Virus record (IMG/VR): IMGVR_UViG_3300033153_007479
Span: 1 to 41,990 of that record
DNA length: 41,990 nt
From: a virus
Taxonomy: Duplodnaviria; Caudoviricetes
Strand: one strand, 5' to 3'
In this document: piece after piece, positions 35,443-41,990 of the stretch
Layout: the number at the start of each line of letters is the position of its first letter
Position numbering within the stretch: the first letter of the stretch is position 1
The notes under the pieces: generated by a model
Seen by the model: the letters and a program-made list of their open reading frames with translations, nothing else
Told to the model about the DNA's origin: nothing
Database searches by the model: none
Position numbers and translations under genes: made by a program

Positions 35443-37652
35443 TGGCAACAGCAGTAATAAAACCAATCAGCAGAATCGTTGTAACCAGCAAGGAATTTTC
35501 AGGAATAGGTGAGCCACCTGCGGACGGAACTCCATATCAACGGCTACGATCCGTTGCCGGTGCTTCTTCATGGGTTGCAGGTTCATCAGCTACCACCCTC
35601 TACCCACAATTCTCTGACCAAACAGCCTACGCAGTCAATGACCAAGTAAGCTACGAAGGGAAATCCTACACCTTTACTTCCATCCATGCAGCCGGGGTAT
35701 GGAACGATGATCATGTAAAGATATCTAATGATGAGTTTGACAACACCGACACCGACTTATCTTCTGAAACAAAACAAGATGCGATAGCAGAACTTGATAA
35801 CGATAAAGTTAACAAAGAAGACTTATCAGCAGCACTGTATATTTATCCCACAACTACAGCTTCTGATATACCGACATACAATCATGCTGTAACGTCTCTT
35901 GATGATCCTGATTTTGACAACCCTGCTGTTGACGTTGCGACCGCGCCAATCACCGCATCCGATCAACTGTTAGCAATCTTTGCCACAGAGATAAATATAA
36001 TAGTTGGAAATCCTGGTGTTATAACCCTGACAACCACCGGCGGAATTCGCAGGGTTTCTGGTTCTGGAACATCTGGGTTTTATTTCAAGGTTTTCAATCG
36101 TGATTCAGGCGACGCGGAAACATTAATAGCTACGTCTAATATTACGCCTCAGGTAGAATCTGCAACATATCAACAATTTTACGCTACAGCACTATTAAAT
36201 GATGGTGAGTTTTTATCGACTGACCGTATTATCATCAAATGGTACTCGTCCCGCGGACTACTTGGTAGTGATCCTGTTTATGAGTTTCAACTTGGCGGGG
36301 GCACTCCTACAAGGACCTCATTTCCGGCACCGTTAAAAGCTATCCCAGTTAATCATGAAACGCTTGAAAATGTTGGTGATAATACGCATGATGAAATTGA
36401 TGCCTATTTAGCAACGCTGATCAACAACAGCGTAATTGCGAGGGAAGCAACAGGATTCACCGCTCCTGAAGATGTTGGTGTCAGTTATGATCCAGCGGCC
36501 AGAACAGTTTCATTATCCGGCACTGTAAATGCGTACTGGCTTGGTGAACAAATTGAAGAAATAAATAATACATTCGTTTCAGATCCGCACCCGGCCATTC
36601 TTGATGAACAGTTTTTTCTTGTGCATAATGGGACAACTTTTATCTGGAAACAACTTGGAGTTGATACTGTTAATTTTTGGGATATCCTTATCTGTTTAGT
36701 TATTTATGGAACAGATGACAAATATGCTTTACGAGAATGTCATGGCTTAATGCCTTGGCAGGTTCACCGGTGGCTGCACGAGAACGCGGGTACAGTCCGT
36801 CACTCAGGGGGAACGCTTGGCGATTATGTAATTGATAGTTCTACTCCGGCAGACCGACGACCTTCTTTGAGCCAGTCCGTAGTAAATGATGAAGATTTGC
36901 CAACCGTAATCGTTCAATTAATAGCAGAGGGCACTTACACTAATTATTTATTGACCGGGGCGGGCGGTGACTCTGTAATTGATACCGTTGCCGTTGATGT
37001 TGTTCCACTTAACGGAGATATCCCTTATTATAATGAGTATACCGGCGGGGTATGGACACAAACACCACTCGCTAACAAAGAATATATGTCGATTTGGGTA
37101 TATCTGATCCCAACGACAATCGACACCGAAAGCCAAAAATACCGCATTTTGTTTGCTCAGGGACAGGTTGCAAGCCAAACGCTTGAGGATATATCAGGAG
37201 CAAGCCCGGCAAGTTACAATCCCGGAGCATTAGCTGATAGATCCCCGGAAATGGTAATTTGCGCTCATATCGTTATTCAGTATCTTGGCGGCAACTGGTT
37301 TGTCCGCGAAGTAAGCGAGGTTTTTGGATCAAAATATGAGCAGAGTTCAAGGCCGGGCGGGATTGGATTAACTTCTGTTTTTTCTGGCGACACAATGACG
37401 GGTTCTGGTACCAGTTCAGATCCGCTTGATCAAGCGCAATATACAACAACTTTTGACAATACCGACTTAACGGCTGGGATTTTGTCTGTTAATCACGCTT
37501 TAAGTATTCAGTTCTGCTCAGTTCAAATCGTCAATGCCGCAAGCGAGGAAACAAGCGCAGGAACAATAACTTATACCGATACTAATAATCTTGAAATTTA
37601 TTTCGGAAGCTATCCATTATCTGGAACTTTTAATTTAATTGTGAGGGCATAA
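35442..37652 (+). CDS. Tail fibre / receptor-binding-like protein with a CBM5/12-like module
   Basis: EPPADGTPYQR...W; FSDQTAYAVNDQVSYEGKSY...W; NTHDEIDAYL; C-terminal VNHAL...VQI. Confidence 0.65.
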   Translation: MATAVIKPISRIVVTSKEFSGIGEPPADGTPYQRLRSVAGASSWVAGSSATTLYPQFSDQTAYAVNDQVSYEGKSYTFTSIHAAGVWNDDHVKISNDEFDNTDTDLSSETKQDAIAELDNDKVNKEDLSAALYIYPTTTASDIPTYNHAVTSLDDPDFDNPAVDVATAPITASDQLLAIFATEINIIVGNPGVITLTTTGGIRRVSGSGTSGFYFKVFNRDSGDAETLIATSNITPQVESATYQQFYATALLNDGEFLSTDRIIIKWYSSRGLLGSDPVYEFQLGGGTPTRTSFPAPLKAIPVNHETLENVGDNTHDEIDAYLATLINNSVIAREATGFTAPEDVGVSYDPAARTVSLSGTVNAYWLGEQIEEINNTFVSDPHPAILDEQFFLVHNGTTFIWKQLGVDTVNFWDILICLVIYGTDDKYALRECHGLMPWQVHRWLHENAGTVRHSGGTLGDYVIDSSTPADRRPSLSQSVVNDEDLPTVIVQLIAEGTYTNYLLTGAGGDSVIDTVAVDVVPLNGDIPYYNEYTGGVWTQTPLANKEYMSIWVYLIPTTIDTESQKYRILFAQGQVASQTLEDISGASPASYNPGALADRSPEMVICAHIVIQYLGGNWFVREVSEVFGSKYEQSSRPGGIGLTSVFSGDTMTGSGTSSDPLDQAQYTTTFDNTDLTAGILSVNHALSIQFCSVQIVNAASEETSAGTITYTDTNNLEIYFGSYPLSGTFNLIVRA

Positions 37653-38719
37653 TGCAAAAACTTTTTATATTCATTTTGGTTATAATGTCTCCTGCATTGG
37701 GGCAAGCAGAGGATATATATGGCGATTTGTCAGTATATGGCATGCTATCTGCGCCAACGGCAACAGGCATCGACAACGACGGCCTGACTCTGGCAGACAA
37801 CGACGGTGTTTTTATTCAGGATTACCGGATGCCGGATAGCCACGGCACAGACGGGCAGGTGATGACAGTTGACTCTGACAACGATATAGGTTATAGCAAT
37901 ATATCAAGTTATTGGGATTATGTTGATGTAATCCCACCCGTGCTATACAATTCTAACATGGAAAGTAACATTGGACTTGGAACAAATATAGTTATTGATA
38001 GGTTTCAGGTAGGGTATTTGAGTGATACGAATATCACTGAAGTGCCAGCAATGACAAGTAACACTGCGCCGTATGGAATTGCGTTTCTTGATGGACAGCA
38101 TGGCGATGAGTCGGATGCATATCTGGCTTTTGATGGAGATGATGTAACTGCCGCTGAATATTATCACGGCTATATTGACAGCTCCATTGGGTATGAATTT
38201 GTAAATGAAAAATCATTAGAGGCGTATGCACTATTTAGCTCGTGGGGCTACCCAACTTCTTGGCAGTTCCAAGGATTTACTGATAGTGGTTGGGTGACTC
38301 TGGACACTCAAACAGGACAAGCTCCCACAACACTAACTACTTATGTCATCCCACCAGAAAACGTAATATCTTGTATTAAATACAGGGTGTTGTTCTCAAC
38401 ATATTCTCAAAACAGATGGTTGCTAAGGGTGCTGGAATTATACACAAGCGTGTCAACTGTTGTTGGCATTGCTATGGATAATGACGGCAATGTAGCAATG
38501 GGCGAAAGCGCAACGCCTATCCAATATAAAAAATTAACTGTCGTCTGTGAGACAGACGACAGCACAGCCTATGGGATAGAAGTAAACGATTCAAATAATA
38601 ATTCAATATTTGCTGTCCGTTGCGACGGGCAGGTATATGCACCCAATATACCGCTGATTGACCCTGCTGTTGCAGGGTGGCTATGGGTTGATAACGATAC
38701 AATTAAAATCTCAAATTGA
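37652..38719 (+). CDS. Signal-peptide protein with discoidin (F5/8C)-like domain and fibre-like motifs
   Basis: MQKLFIFILVIMSPALGQA; PAMTSNTAPYG..AYLAFDG..PTSWQFQG..WVTLDTQ..KYRV. Confidence 0.65.
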   Translation: MQKLFIFILVIMSPALGQAEDIYGDLSVYGMLSAPTATGIDNDGLTLADNDGVFIQDYRMPDSHGTDGQVMTVDSDNDIGYSNISSYWDYVDVIPPVLYNSNMESNIGLGTNIVIDRFQVGYLSDTNITEVPAMTSNTAPYGIAFLDGQHGDESDAYLAFDGDDVTAAEYYHGYIDSSIGYEFVNEKSLEAYALFSSWGYPTSWQFQGFTDSGWVTLDTQTGQAPTTLTTYVIPPENVISCIKYRVLFSTYSQNRWLLRVLELYTSVSTVVGIAMDNDGNVAMGESATPIQYKKLTVVCETDDSTAYGIEVNDSNNNSIFAVRCDGQVYAPNIPLIDPAVAGWLWVDNDTIKISN

Positions 38720-38727
38720 GGATAAAA

Positions 38728-39153
38728 ATGAAAAAATTTATAGCGATTGCAGTGGCTGTGTTGATGTCTTCAGTTTGTTCAGCTGAGGAATATATACATC
38801 TACCGGTCATCCTGGACAATGGACTATCTGTGCCTGATGCTGCCTGGGGGTTGAGCCAGAGCAGCGTGCCGTCAAAACATGTTGTCGATCCCCAAACAGG
38901 CAAAAAAATAAAAGAATATTCTGTGTCTGGATTTCTCAAATTATTTTCCAGTGTGTTATTTTTGCAAAATGACGGCGAGCATATAGTTTCCTGCCGGTAC
39001 TACTACCCATTAGACAAAAAAGCGACAAAAAGTATCGAGGATCAGGAGTCTGCTATTTTCGAGGCGCTGGTTGCTGATAATGATGTACTTTGCTCTGGCG
39101 GCATTTTTGGTTCTGTTGATTTCACCGGCGGTGTGATTTTAGACGTTGAGTAA
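38728..39153 (+). CDS. Exported hypothetical protein
   Basis: GAGG RBS; MKKFIAIAVAVLMSSVCSA signal peptide (ORF track opens at 38716). Confidence 0.6.
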   Translation: MKKFIAIAVAVLMSSVCSAEEYIHLPVILDNGLSVPDAAWGLSQSSVPSKHVVDPQTGKKIKEYSVSGFLKLFSSVLFLQNDGEHIVSCRYYYPLDKKATKSIEDQESAIFEALVADNDVLCSGGIFGSVDFTGGVILDVE

Positions 39154-39159
39154 CAACTT

Positions 39160-39214
39160 TGCCCCGATCCGTGCTGTTATCCCTCCCGGTAACAGGCGGT
39201 GAGGGGCATTTTTT
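39160..39214 (+). terminator. Intrinsic terminator-like structure
   Basis: TGCCCC...GGGGCA followed by T6, enclosing an inner CTGTTA/TAACAG stem. Confidence 0.45.
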
Positions 39215-39234
39215 AAATACTGGGAGGTATAAAA

Positions 39235-39453
39235 TTGAAAAGTTCAACCGGAAGATATCAATGCAAGGATTGCGGAACATTGTTACTGGTTCAGTACATG
39301 CACAAAGGTTATTGTAAGCCATGCCAAGAGCGGCAACAGCAACAACGGGCACAACAACGGGCACAAGACCGTGCTGATAATTTTGTGACAGCTGTTTTAA
39401 TTATTTCTTTTTGTTCTGCCATTGTTGGCGGCACATATTGGATTGCTACATGA
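39235..39453 (+). CDS. Small Zn-finger membrane protein
   Basis: GGGAGG RBS; CKDC..CKPC; C-terminal TM helix. Confidence 0.6.
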   Translation: MKSSTGRYQCKDCGTLLLVQYMHKGYCKPCQERQQQQRAQQRAQDRADNFVTAVLIISFCSAIVGGTYWIAT

Positions 39454-39464
39454 GGATTATTTTG

Positions 39465-40184
39465 ATGAAAAATAATTTACACATGGTCGTCTGGGTTTTT
39501 TTTGTCCTTGGCGTTTTTGGGCTGTTGTCAGGTTGCACCACCTACGGAACAATCCCTGGAGAAATGTTTAACGCTGCTGCCAGCGGCACGACTGTAATTG
39601 CAACAGAGGCCAGTCAACAGGATGCTATTCGTGGGCAGGCCGTGCAAGAACGAGACAAGCAGCGTGCAACAGCCTATAAAAATTCTGGGTTCCAGATGAC
39701 TATGGCAGTGGTGACAATTAACGGCATCCCTGCCTATATGCCGTCTTCGATTTCTTTTCGTGAACAACTTGATTTTGGTGCAGATCTGAGCCAAAACCGA
39801 CAGCACCATAGGGCTTGGCAGAGTCTCGACACTGTTGTTGGTGCCGTTGCTAAGTACGGATTGATTGGTTATGGAATGAGCGAATTGTCTGGAATCGTAA
39901 CCGCTGGTTTTGATGCAGCAAAAGGAACAGGTGATACAATTATTGCCAGCGATCAGGCGACACTTATTCTTGAGCAGCAGCGAAGCCAACAGTCAGTTAC
40001 AGCGGGTAATGATGCTATAGTGAGTAACCAGCTTGACAAACAACATGACAATATGGCCGGGGAAGAGCCGGTTGAGGAAGAGACAGAAGAGGAAGAACCA
40101 AGCGAAGAAGAAATCCCTTATCTTGAAAATTGTTCTCCTGAATCCGAAGAGCTTGGCGAATGCGTGAGCGTGCCGTATGACTGA
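39465..40184 (+). CDS. Lipoprotein with acidic C-terminus
   Basis: Lipobox LSGC after a hydrophobic stretch; GAGG before ATG 39465 (ORF track opens at 39411). Confidence 0.7.
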   Translation: MKNNLHMVVWVFFVLGVFGLLSGCTTYGTIPGEMFNAAASGTTVIATEASQQDAIRGQAVQERDKQRATAYKNSGFQMTMAVVTINGIPAYMPSSISFREQLDFGADLSQNRQHHRAWQSLDTVVGAVAKYGLIGYGMSELSGIVTAGFDAAKGTGDTIIASDQATLILEQQRSQQSVTAGNDAIVSNQLDKQHDNMAGEEPVEEETEEEEPSEEEIPYLENCSPESEELGECVSVPYD

Positions 40185-40494
40185 AGAATACTTACGTAAA
40201 ACTAAGCTACGATATTATAGCCCGCGATACAATAGATCTGTTACTATAGATGTAGGTTATTACAGTGACGGAGCCACAGGGGCCATAGATATTGAATCTA
40301 ACGCTTGGTGGGTGCATGATGTACTCTGCAACACCGGGAAATGGGATGACGGGACAAAGTGTACTAATTGGCAAGCATCCATGGTTTTAAGCGATATTTT
40401 ACATGATGAAGGGCGGTTGATTAGGGCAAGGACATGGTTTGCTGCTACGTGGCTATTTGGTGGCGGCGAAGCTCGAAAAAACGGGATGTGGTAA
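40177..40494 (+). CDS. DUF1353-like protein
   Basis: GYYSDGAT...AWWVHDVLC...A..L..IL...FGG. Confidence 0.75.
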   Translation: MTEEYLRKTKLRYYSPRYNRSVTIDVGYYSDGATGAIDIESNAWWVHDVLCNTGKWDDGTKCTNWQASMVLSDILHDEGRLIRARTWFAATWLFGGGEARKNGMW

Positions 40495-40498
40495 CTAT

Positions 40499-40684
40499 AT
40501 GATAAAAGTTTATAGAAACCAACAAGCCTGTAGCGGTTTATCATCCTGCGGCCTATGCACGGAATGTATCCAGGGGCTGGTTGACGGCGTTGTTATGGAC
40601 ACAGAAGACGAATATGTTTTAGAATTACTGACATGCGCAATTGACATTTGCCCTGTTGGGGCGGTTACGCTGGAACGGGTATAA
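40499..40684 (+). CDS. Single-cluster ferredoxin-like protein (61 aa)
   Basis: MIKVYRNQQACSGLSSCGLCTEC...AIDICPVGAVTL. Confidence 0.7.
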   Translation: MIKVYRNQQACSGLSSCGLCTECIQGLVDGVVMDTEDEYVLELLTCAIDICPVGAVTLERV

Positions 40685-41034
40685 TGGCCGAATCATTAGG
40701 AGACAAGCAGCGCAGATTCAACAAAGAAATATCTGCTTTTATGCACTGGGCAAATTCATTGCCAGGCTATGCGTTTACCGACGGAGATGCTGCGCGTGAT
40801 AAACGAACGAATGGTGAATATGGCGAGAAAAAAGGTTACGGATCTGCGTATAGCGTTCACAAATTACGCCTTGCCAGGGATTATAATCTTTTTTATCTTG
40901 GAGAATATATCAAATCAAGCGACCATCCGGCATGGGATATTTTGCATCAAATGTGGGAGATGAAACACGGCGGAGCGTCACGAATAAAAGGTGACGCAAA
41001 TCATTTCAGTTTTGCGCACAACGGACATTGGTAA
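40684..41034 (+). CDS. Endolysin, M15-family Zn peptidase
   Basis: R...SVHKLRLARDYNL...DANHFS; TAATG coupling at 40684 (ORF track opens at 40648). Confidence 0.85.
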   Translation: MAESLGDKQRRFNKEISAFMHWANSLPGYAFTDGDAARDKRTNGEYGEKKGYGSAYSVHKLRLARDYNLFYLGEYIKSSDHPAWDILHQMWEMKHGGASRIKGDANHFSFAHNGHW

Positions 41035-41189
41035 TGAAACTCGACACAGAAAAGATCCAGCAACGATTGAAAAACGAACAGCAGACCGTTGACAATTGGG
41101 ACGATTTCAGTTTTGATCATGAGTATACAAAGGCACTTGACTTTGTAGAGTTGTTAAAGTGGGTTTTAAGCCAAACTAAAGGAGATTGA
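41034..41189 (+). CDS. 51-aa hypothetical protein, below the ORF-track cutoff
   Basis: MKLDTEKIQQRLKNEQQTVDNWDDFSFDHEYTKALDFVELLKWVLSQTKGD*; TAATG coupling. Confidence 0.55.
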   Translation: MKLDTEKIQQRLKNEQQTVDNWDDFSFDHEYTKALDFVELLKWVLSQTKGD

Positions 41190-41194
41190 ATACA

Positions 41195-41500
41195 ATGGCA
41201 TCCATTCCATTATTTACAACTGAAAAAAGGGGTTCAAGTTCAATTTTGAGCCTTGGAGCAGGATTAATAACCTATTTACTTAAAAAAGATTATTCAGTCA
41301 ATATACAGGATATTGTTGCTGTTACTGTCCCAGGTCAAAGCATGGCTGAATTATATACGATAGAGCGCACTGCTAAGTTATGGGAGCAGGGTTTGAGTTA
41401 CGGGCTTATAGCCATCGTTGCTCTTATCATGTACGTCACGTATAGAAAAATCCATGACGGCAGGGTTGAGGTGAAGGCTGGAGTACAAAAAAATGGATAA
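41195..41500 (+). CDS. Putative holin (2 TM)
   Basis: GGAG RBS; two hydrophobic segments and a basic C-terminus; downstream of the endolysin. Confidence 0.5.
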   Translation: MASIPLFTTEKRGSSSILSLGAGLITYLLKKDYSVNIQDIVAVTVPGQSMAELYTIERTAKLWEQGLSYGLIAIVALIMYVTYRKIHDGRVEVKAGVQKNG

Positions 41501-41804
41501 AGAAAAAGATGGAAAACCAATTGTCTACCAACTCAGATATAACGAGTTGGAAGACTTGGTGGATAAAAGAATTGACGAAAAATGTAGTACTTTGGAAGAA
41601 TGTCCAATTTTGAACATAACAAAAGAAGAGCATGACGCCAGCCATCGTTTTTTACTTGATTTGCAGAAAACAGCGGCGCGGCTGGAAAATCTAAAATGGG
41701 GCGTCAGTAAGGCGATTGTTATCGGGATTCTAACATTTGCTGGATCTGCTTTTTTGATTGGAGCGGCATTTATTTTTAAAATGAAAGCTGGTGGGGCCCC
41801 TTAA
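41493..41804 (+). CDS. Membrane protein of the lysis block (holin/antiholin-like)
   Basis: EEHDASHRFL motif and C-terminal TM helix. Confidence 0.55.
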   Translation: MDKEKDGKPIVYQLRYNELEDLVDKRIDEKCSTLEECPILNITKEEHDASHRFLLDLQKTAARLENLKWGVSKAIVIGILTFAGSAFLIGAAFIFKMKAGGAP

Positions 41805-41809
41805 TGGCA

Positions 41810-41859
41810 GCATAACACATATCAGTAACGATTACCACAGTTATCAATATGTGTTATAC
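41810..41859. other. 50-bp fold-back site closing the virion module
   Basis: GCATAACACATATCAGTAAC-GATTACCACA-GTTATCAATATGTGTTATAC; same 20+10+20 layout as 2943-2992. Confidence 0.75.
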
Positions 41860-41885
41860 CGAGTCAGGTGATGGGCTCGTTATAC
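41860..41885 (+). other. Orphan right half (L'-R') of an attC site
   Basis: GAGTCAGGTGAT-GGGCTC-GTTATAC resembles the right arm of attC 106-240 (GTGTCAGGTGCAC-TATATTC-GTTATAC); no matching left arm seen. Confidence 0.55.
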
Positions 41886-41990
41886 TTTCATCATTTTTAC
41901 AACCTGGGTGCGAGTGCGGTGTAAATTTTTCCCGCTTTGGGTGGTAACAATAATTCTTCCTGATCTGCTATTTCTTGAGATATTACCAAG
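41877..41990. repeat. 114-bp inverted repeat, right copy
   Basis: Exact reverse complement of 1-114; starts 2 nt before GTTATAC at 41879. Confidence 0.97.

Noticed and set aside
18688-38719. Diversity-generating retroelement or invertase shufflon acting on tail genes
   Set aside because: No reverse transcriptase, TR/VR pair or inverted fibre cassettes seen

Overview
Most of the window (about 2.95-41.86 kb) is a podovirus-type phage segment. It has a short leftward early operon, a divergent AT-rich control region, then terS-terL-portal-scaffold-capsid-tail and ejection genes, a 4202-aa polyvalent protein, fibre-like genes and a lysis block. No DNA-replication genes are visible. The most unusual part is an integron-like system around an IS91-family Y2 transposase plus IntI-like tyrosine recombinase unit (509-2949; the recombinase lacks the integron I2 insertion). 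Both ends of this unit open into fold-back sites and attC-bounded cassettes that run outward in opposite directions. Each cassette gene is antisense to its attC, with the RBS and start codon inside the attC loop. Two equal-sized 50-bp fold-backs bracket the whole virion module. The two window ends are the same 114 bp in inverted orientation, and identity starts at a G|TT crossover. Other oddities are an anticodon-less tRNA-like RNA with a CCA end, a ferredoxin-like gene in the lysis block, and structured RNA leaders. All calls come from reading motifs by eye; no searches or folding programs were run.
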